Shown here: positions 10,901 to 23,453 of the stretch, piece after piece | Layout of the letters: the number at the start of each line of letters is the position of its first letter | How positions within the stretch are numbered: position 1 is the first letter of the stretch | NCBI GenBank assembly: GCA_965637545.1 | Contig: OZ281501.1 | Coordinates: 1,240,001 to 1,304,000, forward strand | Direction: 5' to 3' | Length of the DNA stretch: 64,000 bases | DNA from: Phallusia mammillata | Taxonomy: Eukaryota | The notes under the pieces: model-generated | The model's database searches: none | What the model was told of the DNA's origin: nothing | The model's input: only the letters and a program-made list of their open reading frames with translations | Position numbers and translations under genes: made by a program

Positions 10901-13900
10901 AATAAGCCACCGTTCAAAAATATGTTGCGTCATCAAACCATAGGAATAGGATTTCTAACGGTTTTGGTCCCGTATTTAAACCACTGTTAAAATGTAGTAC
11001 GTTCAGGGCGTTGTTTGGCACACGAGCCAAGCAGATACATCATCAACAACAGGGTCTGAATTTGTCAGTTAGCTTACAATAGATGCCCAGCCGACTCTAA
11101 ATATTTACGCCTGTAATCCAATAGCTCGCGCGCCTAACGCCCCAAAAGCGAGTCATTCTTCGCCTGACAAACTAGCGCCAGTCAGCTTGTCCGTTTTCCA
11201 TTTAGCCAAGCATCCGATGTAACTAAATCTTCCTGGCTCCGTGCCAAGGCATCTGCATCAACAGCTTGCATTACAATGCAGTCGATGAAGCGTTTCTTGA
11301 CCTTAGGAGCGTGCCCTTGTTTCATGTGTGTTCTGATATGACCTGCAATGCCGAAGTGAGGTCCTGGAATTTCAAACTGCGAGTCCTATAAGCACGTCAC
11401 GAGTGTGGGAAAACTGACAAGCACAATAGAACCCGGCTTTTTGGTGGTTTGTTGTTAAAGATCTTGTTCTCGAAGTTTCCTTGCATCTAAATGTGGCATG
11501 GTTAAACAAACCGGGATTCCGCAAATGCCAGTTTAAGTCGTTTTTTTATGTTGGTTGCCGTTTTGTTTTGTTGCAACTTGTTTTGCAAGATCATTTTTCT
11601 ATTGTCCTGCTGTTGTGCTGGTAAATGTAATCAATTTGAGGACAGTAGGCCTACACTTTGAATTCTGCAGAAGGAAACCCGTTTATCTTATTACATTCTT
11701 GGATTAGGGCTTAAGCTTGAAAAGTTTGTGGTGTTTTGTGTGTGTGTGTTTTTTCTTTAGTTTTGTGCTCTTTATCAGTTGTTTTTATAGAATTTAAGAT
11801 TTAAGGTTTCTAGTCACTAAAGATACAGGCTTAAAAAGAAGCTTGGAAAACGTCTGCCATAGTATGTGTATAGTATATGCAAGATAACATTTTTAAACAA
11901 ACGTTGCTGCATTGTACAGTAGATCTAACTGTGATCAATCCCTCGATAGACGTTCCTGGGATAGCGTTGAAGTTTTGTTGGAATTCCAGGTCAGTCTTGA
12001 TATGTTATCGTGTCGACTTCAAGGCGGGAGAAGGACAGGCGGAACGACCTACAGCCCCGTATCATGATCTGAATGCGATTGTTTTCTAGTTAAGTTACTT
12101 TTCTCGCCTCTTGCTGATGTTATCCAAGATGTTTGTGGCTACGCTCGTTTCCCGCCACTAAAAACGTAACGACTTTGCGCTGACTCGAAGCGTTATTTAT
12201 TGATGATGTTTCACAGTATTATGTGATGTATGATAAAGATTCTGAATTCCTATGCCCGATTTATTCTGATTAAAAATTGCTTGTAATCTCGTTTTTTTGA
12301 AAGTTAAACTAAACTACCAGATTTTACCTGACAATAACATTATAGAAACTGTCGAAACGTCGTGATGTTTTACACTCAGATACTGACTTGTATCGTTTTG
12401 CTCTGAAATACCGGATAGTGTAAAAACTAGCACAAATTAACTAGAAGTTTGCACTTACATTGAACATTGTGGCCGCAATTCCAAAACTTTTTTAGTTTTT
12501 AAGCAAATCTCAAGCATGCTAATGTTGTCAACGTTTATTATTCGGGTTTGGAATGCTGTTTTTCTTGATGAAAATTTTGGCACGTTTACCGTTAACGAGA
12601 CATTTCCTCTAGTCTCGGAAAAAGTGTGTAAGCTGTCGAAGAAACATAAACTTTTTCCAAAAAAGGGCAAAACTAGAAAAAAGAACCAACGTATCTGACA
12701 CTTTATCTCTCGTTCATCGCTGATGCCAAACGTCACGGTTTTGACCGAATTATAAACATTTCTCAGAGATCAAATCATTTGATCGTTGTCCTGCTGGTTG
12801 CCTTGACTCGTTAATGCATTTCTACATGACAGTTTGATTATACCACGGCCCATTTGCTACCATGCTGCTGCAATTCTGCAAGAAATACTTTTAAAACTAC
12901 TGCATTGGTTTATATTTAATAAATTTGGCCACAGCTATTACTTACTGCTTAAATTGTGTAAATTTGATATGACCTGGAAGGCTCATATAAGAATAAAAAT
13001 CTCTTGAAGTTTTCAAAAGTTATGTCAGTCCTGTATACAAGTTTTGCATGTTTTCGGTTTTGTTTTTTAACAAATTATCTTTTGTCCTCAGGACCAATAT
13101 TCCTATTGGCTTCTCCCACATAAAGTCATGTTTAATTGAGGCCTAATTGTGGTTTTAGGCAAATTTAAACTTATATTTTACTTTCGTAGCATAATTATCC
13201 AATCTTTTCTCCAAACCAAAACATTTAACGAAAGTTCAAAAGAAAAATTTTCATTCAAGCCTTTGTGTTTGGGCAAACTTTTCCTATTCTCAAAGCGCTT
13301 TTAGTGTTTTAATGCCAAGTCTTTAAAAAGCCTATAGCTCTTCACCTACGTATGCGGAAGCCTTTAGGTAATGTAATAACGTTAACGAACTTTAACTGTT
13401 AACGTCATGAAGGTTATTTTTGTCTCAACTTCGAAATGCGAGTTGTTTGTAGTTACCACTTTACACCGTCAAGGTCATAACCCAGGAGGCCAAAGCATTT
13501 TATCAAGGCTCCATCCTGTAATCGTTCAGCATACGAAGTAATCTGTTTATTTTCTTGTGTGCATATTTGACTATTGGATGAGTAATTGGTTACAGATCGT
13601 GCGTGCGTGGAGTGCCAATAGCTTGTTACGTGGCGTGGGAATATCCTACGCATAAGATACGTGGTTTGCACATAAACTGACATTTATATGAGCAACATAA
13701 TTGGGCGCATAACAAGTGGAATTCTGTCGTGGGAATTCGACCTATTTTACGCCACAATTAATTCCGAGTGACCTCTTTGATATCAATAAGGCTACTATAA
13801 ACGTCGGTATGTCTCAAAATTGACACCTTTGTGTGGTAAAATTATTCAAGTGGTCAGTTCAGATGCTCGTTGAGTCGTCTCATCCATGGATGGCAAGTTG

Positions 13901-16900
13901 TGCTCGTCTCAATTTTGTGTTGCTAAGCTCCCATTGAGTGGAGATCTCTTGTGAATATTATTTGAGCCCAGATAGGTATCGTTTGTTGTTAACAGTGGGT
14001 GGGACACTGTAACAAACTTTGAATAGTGAGATGTTTTGGTAATATTTCTTGACATTTGAAAGATTTTTAAAACGGTTTAGTCGAAATGTCATATCTTTCT
14101 TTGCAAAAGTGAGTTTTTTTGCCGCAGGTGTTTTTGATCATGTATTATATATATATATATTGTGTTTTTTTTTGTTTAACATTACCATTAGAAATTTTTA
14201 GGAGGTGATGCGTTTTGACAAAAGAGGCTCGGAAGGCGAAATACCTCTTAAACTTGTTTGGTGGAATCGAAGACGACGAATTGTTTAGTATTAATAACAA
14301 GGACTTTAAAATAAATATAGTAAGTAATAGTGTGACGAATGTGTAGCATTTATTCAAGGTTATGAAAGTGAGCTTGCGTTGCCTTAGGCATAAAGCGAAC
14401 TCATACCGAACTATGGGGATTTGCTGTCATATTTATTTGGAAAGTGGCACGGGCCGATCTTCATGATCCAGCCGCGATTTAGCACCGCATTGAGCGGGGA
14501 ATTATTGCAGCGAAATCCGATGATCGTGGTTAAAATTTGGTTTTAGCCGATATAAAAATCTCGCTACCGTCTAAATCCGGCCTCGTGCGATGGCATCAGA
14601 CCTGGAAATATTCACCTGTGCGTTTATCGCTGAACTGTAAATAGGTGGAAGTATCCGGATTGGGTTTTGGCTTTTGCCCTGAGAATTGAGCAATTTTGTA
14701 TTTGTACATGGTTGTAGGTTTAATGCTTAAATCACCCGTGTTGTATATTGTTAAACAAGATTGGATAGATAGGTTTAATTTGTGTGAGTTTAGGTGGTTT
14801 TAAATCATCTGTTTTTGTGCTTTAGACTGTTTTAGATCCAAAAAGGCTCACTGCTGAATAGAGATAGATGTAGATTCATATTTATTTTAAAATTTGATCC
14901 ATTTTAAACCCCTGTATTTTCGCTGCTTAGCATTTTTGAATGTAGCTATATCATAGTGTCTTGGTAGAGTGACATTTTGAGTTGGATAGAGTTGTTTTTG
15001 AACCGACTTGTAGTTGTCTTAAAAGAAGAATTCTGACTAAAATAGTCCTCGACACTTTTATGTTTGACTCCTAGTGAACACGTGTCTATACCGTTCATGA
15101 AAAATGCGTGAAATTGGGAATAAACGAGCCGCTATGATCGTTTCTCGCCATTATGTCGTTACAAAGCACGACGATTTGTCACGAGACAATTTTGTCTGGC
15201 GGCTTGTGGTGGTAAGATTCGATGGCTTACATAATTACAATATTTACGATCGCTGGCAGCGCCATAAAAGGACACAGCCGACGACCGAGCGGACCTAGAA
15301 CGGCGACGTTAAACTGCTTGCTTCTCACGCTTTCTAGGTGCGCACGAGGTGATGTATTGTGTGGAAATACGACAGGTGCTGGACCTGGTTTGACCACGGG
15401 CCAGAACCTCGCCAAGTGTTTATGGTTTCTTTCTCACAAACAAAGCTTGAGTGACCGTTCGTCTCAAAATCTCCCTCAGTAGCAAACGGGTTTGCTTTGA
15501 AAACAACTTTGTGTTTGACTTAGCAAACTTTGCCTAGTCATCTAGGCACGTTAGAATCCTTAGTGTTGTGAATTCGGTGATGAAAAAACATTATGCCGTT
15601 CAGGGTCTTTCCATTTGCATGGTTTATAATTTAGAAAATTGTCACAGTTATTTTAAAACACAAAACAATGTTTTTTGCAAAACGATTGCTAAGGATGACT
15701 GCTCAAAACTTTAGTAACTAATATAAAACACCCACAAACCAGGCGTAACTTATCTTCATTATTTCAAACTAGTTACCATTAGCAGAAAGCACAGAGAACA
15801 TTCCTCTGCACTTCTTGAACCGACATGTCCATGGTAACACGTGTTCACAGGCTTACACCACGTTGTGGAAACCCTTGAAATTAATAGGTTCTGTTGAGAT
15901 CATTGCAGGGTGAAGTGGGCAAAGCGACACAAAACCGACACTTCAATTCCAAATGTTTCGCCAGCAGACCGGGATATTGATTAATTAGCAGTGGTTTGTT
16001 GGTTTTTTTGCTCAGCCAGACCTTGCCTGTGCAATTAATCAGTAATAGATGGAAACAATGGGTTAGTGTTGCCAGTATTTGTGGATTGTGCCTTGGGCAT
16101 TGAAGTTTCTACTGTTTTCGAATCTTGATGTAATGTTTGCGGTAATGGCAAAGGCGCGTTCGGTGATTGTTTAACAGAGAGTGCTTGTTTAGCTGATGAA
16201 ACATCGGATTTGCTTTGTTGTAGGAACACATTAACCTGATAACAACAATATTTGTCTGTTTTATGTTTTTGTCAAACTGAATGTTTTGTCTCAATTAAGT
16301 GATGTCTGTCCAACTTCATATGTCTGCAGTGTTTCGGTTTTAAGTAGTAACACGTTTATTTTAATCTAACTGTTGTTTAGGCTTTGTCTACAAATCTACA
16401 CTTTATACATTGTGGCCGGTAGACTTTACAATTGGCAAACAAATTGCTTTGTTTTAACGTTATCTTTCTTCGGTTCATCCAAACTTTTAATGATCACTTT
16501 AACGTCCACGTCATACGTTATTGTTACCGTTCAGTCATTGTCCTTTTCACTCTGCAATTGCTTACAAACACAAATGTCGCTGTATATCAATCAGTACGCA
16601 TTTGTTATTGTCAGCTTTACTTGTCAGACGTTTTAAGAAGGTTTGTGACCACACAAACTGACATTAGGAAGTGAATAAAGCGTTAAGGGTTCCAACAACA
16701 AACGAAATTTCAGTTCGAACGTCACACAGTTTGATGTTTTATGTCAAAAATCAAATCTAAAGAAAGAGTTTGATTGAAACATCATTAAATACATTTTGGC
16801 TAAAGCAACACAATGTTATGTAACAAAGTTTGTTTGTAGACTTTTTCACCACTGAACGTTAACAGTTGTGCAATAACTCATTGAATTAAGTTCAAGACAA

Positions 16901-18159
16901 CCACATGTCATTATGATTGGACTGAACTAAATAACAGTCGGAGCAGATAAAAACATTTTTTAGATTCGTGTTTTTCTTTGGTCACCACCTAAAGTTTAGA
17001 ATTATTGTGTTTTGTTGTGATAAATCAGCTTTGATTTCGGAAATCGAGTATTGACTGATGCGATTAAATTGAGCAATTGTTCTTAAACCAACAAGACCTT
17101 CAGTGGCACGTGGAAGGAAATTCAACTTGACAGGTTTTATCGTCAATGACCTTCAATGACGGCTTGAAGGTCACAGGACGTAAACTGCCACATATGCGTG
17201 ACTTTCATCCGCGAATCCCTCATGATTTTGACGTTTCTTGCTTGGCGCAATTCAACATAGCGGAACCCTGTAATGTCGATTTATGGTAGTTACGCGTGGG
17301 CTGGGTTGACGTTTCTTCACGCATTTTAAGTTTGCCGTTCTGGTATGAAACACTGCGGTGCGTTTGGTTTGTTTATTTTGACGTTTTGGTCGACTAAAGT
17401 GCCTGGTGTTCTTGTCCATCAAACAGAAACAGCGTATAATCGTTGTATTGGACTTTATCATTCTGCAATTGATCCATAATCATTCCATTAACTCAATGTT
17501 CTCCACATTTTATTTTTTTTAAACTCAGTAGACAAACCCTTGGTGCAAAATGTTCACGTTCCTGTACCAACAGACACGCTTCTAACTGGTAATCCAGCAT
17601 TACCTCGCCTTGCGAAACTTGCTTTGATCTTTCAGGTCACTTGATCTTACCATAAAATTGTAACTAGTGTTTATATCAGTTCACAACTACCACCGTAGAA
17701 AGTTGCCTGAAATAATTGGCAAGAAGCGCATGTCGGGAACCCGGGAGAAAATATTGCGGTTTCCGTAACAGTTCCTACCTAATCCCTTTTCATACGTTTG
17801 ATCACTTCGCAATGAATTTAAAAAACCGCTAAAGAGTGAATTGGTTGTGAATTCGCGACCAACGATAAAACACTGCTTAATATTTTCCCGGTTTTAATTC
17901 GAAGCTATAACTTAACCAGCTGTGCGTCTTAATATGTGGTAACAGGCGGAGTAACAATTATGTCTCATTTCTGACTATCATTTCATTATCGCATAACTAC
18001 AGATACATTTATCTGTGTGGTTCTTGCCTTTGCACACGCGTTTCTTCGTTGTGTTGACCAAAACAACTTTGTCATGCTGTTATTTGACTTTCACATATTT
18101 GAGTTACCTATAGAGTTTGTACATATCAGTGTGTGATCTGGAACACTGTTCATGAGTTT

Positions 18160-18240
18160 AAGATATCACTGATGATGGCAGTATTTGCCGAAACGTTTGA
18201 ACAATAACTCACGTCGCTTTTTAAGTCTATTCGGGTCGTT
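18160..18240 (+). ncRNA. Minimal hammerhead ribozyme motif (family B, intact core)
   Basis: atca-CTGATGA-t-GGCA gtatt TGCC-GAAAC-GTT-tgaacaat, followed by the family B tail cgtcgctttttaagtctatt. Cut predicted after 18197. Confidence 0.7.
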
Positions 18241-20754
18241 ATTTTAATCATTAAAGTGTGTAATCTTTTTGATTATTTTCACAATGGTTTTAAAAGCTGT
18301 TAGTGTATGTGAGCTTTTTGTTTAAACGTGTCAAATATGCGGATGCGAAAGGTGTTTGAAAAATATCGAGGTGCGAAAACAGCGTGTTTACATCCTCGTC
18401 ACCAAACTGATTACTTTGCTCGCTTTGTCGTCCTTTATATTTCCCCTTTGTGCATAAAACAAGCACAGTTTAATTTCCTCACAACAAATGCATTGTTCCA
18501 AGGAACCTCTGTGTAAATGTTGTTTCAGGCTTTCCAGTCTCCTCTGTGTTAGATTTAGGAAAAAAATTAAACCTTCACGTCCGGTCAGTAGACTTGCTAT
18601 TACTGAATTACTTACATTAGGTTTTTTTTCCACTCAACTATGATAACAATACTTTTGAAGTTGTGTAGGCTAACTATAGGTGATAATGTATCACAAATGT
18701 TTTTAAAGTTTGTTTGGCCGTTCCACAACGATTTTTTTCTTTTTTCTAATATACCTCGTTGGACACAAGATCTTAGGATTGCTTGTACCTACATAAGAAT
18801 TATTGTTGTGGGACATTGAATGATTCAACGACCTAAAATACACACAAGTATATGTTGTAGCCCTGCCTAACTTGCTTTAACTTTATTTGAGCAATTGCTG
18901 TCGCGTTTTCACCCCGAAAATCGCCCGTTTCATGACCCGAAAGTCGTTATAGCAAGCTTCAACTGACGTTTCAGGCATCACATGTGATGGCCCTTCCAAT
19001 CATTTTATCATTTCGAGATAAGAAAGGTGCCAATTTAACGTCAAATGGCTCCCGTATCTTCGCAAAGAAAACTTGATAGCGGGCGAAAAATTGCGCCTCG
19101 CGCGTCATAGACTTACGCAAAAAAGGCAGCCCTTTTTCTCGCGGAATAATTGCCACAAGACGTGGAAACGCTTCGAACAGATTGTCTGAAAGCACAGAAC
19201 AGAAAGTCGTGAATCTACAGTTTGTTGCAAGGTTGAATGTATGAGGCAACATAAGTTGTCTACAAATTAGATCATTAATACACAGTCTGGAATATTTTTT
19301 TATGTTTGTGGAGCGTAGTACAGTCAAGTCTGTAAATACTACTTTTATATGTCAAAAGTTGTACTGATCAGAAAGCAGTTAAATTACCGTGTTTTGCGTG
19401 AATAAAGTCACTTTGGATAAATCAATTTAGGTCAGCTTTTCTGAGGTCTAAACTGTGGTGCTTTCGGTTCCATGGTCTGTTTGTTCTCAATCAGGTGTCC
19501 ATTAAGCCTCAAGTCCCACCGACCCCCGTGCCCACATAGGAATGCGGTGGGGCCGCTGGAATTTCTGGGGTACAACATTACCCAAGTGAAGGGGGTTGAA
19601 CATTACTTCAAGCGCCACACGCCAGTGTAGAGATTCCTGGATCGTTTCAAAACCCATTTGAGCCTTCAATGACCACTTGCCTTTAGGGTTACGTCATATC
19701 TTTGGGCACGAGACGCGTATGATGTAATTTCGTGTTTGCTGCTCACTTCATTCGCTTCTGCGGAAACACGACTTCGAAATCTCATGCGAAGTTATTGCCT
19801 GGTGTTAAATTCAAGCCTCTGCACCTCAGGGGAACGAGCAGCGACGGCTTATGTTGGGGTTTTCGACAGAAATGATGAATTTTAACCTCGCTTTAGTTGT
19901 AATGTGATATTTCTAGCGGAGGTATTAGAAGCAAATCTATTTCGTGTTTTGTGCTGAGAGGAAGTGACTAGCATAAAGTCGCGTTTTTCTGTCGCGGTTT
20001 TCTTGCTAATGTGTTGTGATGTCACAATGGCGACAAAGGATTAGTTTACAAACATTTTTCGCATGACGTGTCTGTTATGATAACGGCGTCAAAAATATCC
20101 GCTGTTAAGGGAGTTGGAGCAAAAACTATTTTTCCTGTAACCGGTGTGCGCTTCATTTTTTTTTTGATGTTCAATTTCAACTTTTCTCGTGCAATTTCTA
20201 CGAAACACGACGGACACACGCTTAGAAAAGACGGATTAATTGTGTTTTGATGCTTGGAATTGGAGGCAATAGCAATATGATTTGCGGCCAGGCCGATACC
20301 ATTAAATGCCGTGGGCTATAAAAAAACGTCACATGCACTTTACATTGCTCGCTGTTCCTCGGAAGACAGCAACCGGCTGATCTGGTCCATATGAATACAA
20401 GGGCTGATTGGCGCTTTAGTAAACAAGGAACGTGTACGATTTGTTTGCCTACTTTATCTCGGACAAGACGGGATTAATTTGCGCGACTCTGGGGCCATTT
20501 AAGCCCTCATGACACGTCGCTTTGCCCCGTGTACCTTGTGTATTACGCTCGGACCACGTCTACGTGGATTAGCTGTTAAGCCCGCGGGAGTTAGGGAGTG
20601 CATTACTCGGTGGCGTTGCGACCATTTAAATTGCCACACAGGCTATGTAAAGCGCGGTAGGACATTACGTAATGGATTCTCGGCGCCATCTAGCACTTTG
20701 CATGCACAAATCATCGGCTGTGCAAATATATATAGCTCCATAAACAAACATAAA

Positions 20755-21020
20755 AATGTAAGCAACCCTAGACACGGACTTTAAAGTGACTTGATTAATA
20801 CAAAACTTTTAGAGACCTAATATACAGTGAATAAATTGTAGTGTTATCGTAAGTGCAAAATACACGGTCTGCAAAACAATTCAAAAAGCACCAGTTTTTC
20901 CTTGGAGATTAAAATGAATGTAACGCCACACATGGACTTTAAAAGTGACTTAATCATAAACAAAACTGTCAGATAGTTTATATGCAGTGAATTAAATGTA
21001 ATGTTTTTGGAAGTGCGAAA
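20755..21020. repeat. Degenerate direct duplication (~160-bp period)
   Basis: aatgtaa...ggactttaaa(a)gtgactt...caaaact...tat(a/g)cagtgaat...aagtgc(g)aaaa occurs twice in tandem. Confidence 0.75.
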
Positions 21021-23402
21021 ATCACAATGTATTTACTTTGTACAAGGTCTCTGGCAGTTTTCATTTCTATGGCAGTAGAAAGTCTTGCAGCGAGTCGGAA
21101 TTCTGAGCAGTCAGGTCGTTTGCCGGTCAATTGAGCACTCACCTGTAGTTTTATGTGGACTGCGCTGCATAATTCACCGTCAGTTGGCCCAATGACCTGC
21201 TGACGCCGCGATTTCCCCTTTGCCCTGCGCGAAGCTGCGATAAAGAACGTCGTCTAGCGCGTTTTAAAACCGAAAATTGACAGCTGTAAAGCCGCGGTAA
21301 TTGCACGTAGTTGTGTGGCTGACACCGAATGTTGCAAGGTTCTGTTTGTACAAGGGATTAACAGGAAAATTGCCCTCCAATGCAGGCGCCATGTAATCTA
21401 AAGACGCCGCAGTAAAGGTAACCCAGAGATCGATATTTTGTAATTAGTTGTGTGCTTTGCCGGATCAGCATTGTTTAGCTTAGCAGGGCCGCAAAAGTGC
21501 TAGGATATTGATTTGAGGTTTAGTGTAAACATAAGGCGAAATGCAGCGTGCTTCTCATTCCAGTTGTGGTTTTGAAATGTATTTTTGTGCCAGTGCCAGG
21601 AAGGCGTGGTTCAAACTTGGTTGGGAATAGTTTGTATGTTATTACTGACGACAAAACCAATAGGAAATAGACCAACAATGCAGTTAGATATGTCAACTAA
21701 AACTCCTAGCTCCATAATTGTCTTGGAGTTTATTTGTAGAACACAAACCACACCTAGAACATGTAGTAGTAAAATTAACTGAGACAGGCTTTGGATTTTA
21801 TGCAGATTTGACAATGAGGTTTTGTGGTATTGCCGATTAAAGTAGATGTCCATTTTTGCTTTGGCTTGGCATCAAGTCTTAATCCTACTAACAAGTCTAC
21901 TGTTGTTATCCTATTAGTTTCGATGTCAACACACATAGCCAGTCAGGTCGGCTAACAAGCACAAGTACTTCGTGTTCAATAACTCTTGAAGTAAGGCACT
22001 TAGGTTTGGTATGCACGAGCCGAGTACTCGGGTTTGCACGTGTAAGCACGTGTTTATGTGATTTTAAAAGGACGGGCTTCATGCCTCCAAATGACTGTCA
22101 ACGGCCGCTCTGCACTGATGTGGCATGCACGCCAGTTTACTAAACATTCAGGAACCGATCTTAAGGCTTTCCGAAGTGCTACGCGTGTGCTCAATGGAAT
22201 TCGCTTGTTTCAACACCAACCAGAGTTTGAGGGTCAGGGTTTTCGCTCAGGTTCACTTTGCGTTTGCTATTTCGTCACGTTTCTATTTGGAGCATGGAAG
22301 TACGAACGTATGCAAGTTTAAAAACTCTTTTCACACTGTATTAAGAGATATGTTCATTAAGGTATTTTTAGACTGCAACAGTAAACTGAAACCCACGTTT
22401 AATATAAGGCAAATTACACATAAAAGCAGCAGCTATCATGTATTGTTTTTTACCAACAATACCATGCTTAAGCACCGAACGCCAAGTTGTGTTCATTGAT
22501 TTTTCCCGAGTTTCGGAGATTATACTTGAAGTAAATTGTCAGATCATGTCGAAGAAAGGAAAATTTGCCATCATTATTGTAGGTGTTCTATAAATATTGG
22601 ACAACGCACTAAAACGGCTGCAACTGTCGCTGTATGAAGTCAGCCTGTAATTACAAAGTATTTTTGCCACATAAGAACCTTTAAATAAGCGTGCTGACAG
22701 GATATGACAAGTACTGTCAAATATAGATACACAAACTCTCCCATAGCTTTCACTTCTGAACCAACAACGTGCAGAATTCCTTTGCACACCACAGAGCCTC
22801 GCCCCGACCCAGGGTTATTTCTGTTGCGCTGTGGTTTATGATTGTTGACCAAACTTTCCGAGTGTGGTTTGTACCACTCGTAAACTTGCCAGTGCGCGCA
22901 GTTGTTACGTGTGAAACTGCAATGTTCGCTGACACTGTGTTGTAAATTACACTCTAATTTGTGTGTGGGTTGCTCTTGTAATTTACAGTTATACAGCTGA
23001 CAGCATATGTTTTTAGAATCGCCACATTCCGATATGTCGTTATGTATGTGCGTTTCTTCTTATGCAGTAAGCACTTACGAAGTTTTGTATGTTGTTTAGA
23101 GTAGTGTTGTATAGTTCAGTGTAATTAGGCACCAAGAAAAAAGACTAGTTGGTACAGACAAAGCCTTGTTTCTAATGCAGGGTTGCTACCATTGGGTTTG
23201 CATTCGTTGGATATTAACAATGTTATAAAAATAGTAACAAGAACAATTTTTCTGTTTTGCAGGCTGTTTAGAAGTTATGTATAATTTAGTAATGTTGTAG
23301 GCGGTCGTGTAAGCTATTGCTTTCAGATATTGGTAATCAATTTGCTTGAAATTGGACCAAGATCTTTCAAGACCCTTAAAAGTTGAGATCATTGCACCGG
23401 GG

Positions 23403-23453
23403 ATGAAATACAACGAGGCACAGAACGAACACAGACCCCAACCTCGATCCAAA
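23403..23453 (+). CDS. Candidate upstream first coding exon of the 28-37 kb gene (MKYNEAQNEHRPQPRSK)
   Basis: Acceptor tttcag|23327, in-frame stop at 23334 upstream of ATG 23403, and consensus donor AAA|GTAAGT in phase 0. It would join in frame to acceptor 27997 (EPVMEYD...). Confidence 0.4.

Noticed and set aside
11190-11392. About 67 open codons on the minus strand after a possible acceptor
   Set aside because: No recognisable motif and no partner exons.
15300-15500. THAP-like fragments on the minus strand (DFETNGHSSFVCEK; VKPGPAPVVFP)
   Set aside because: The zinc-binding His and N-terminal Cys pair are missing and a frameshift is needed. Too weak without a profile search.
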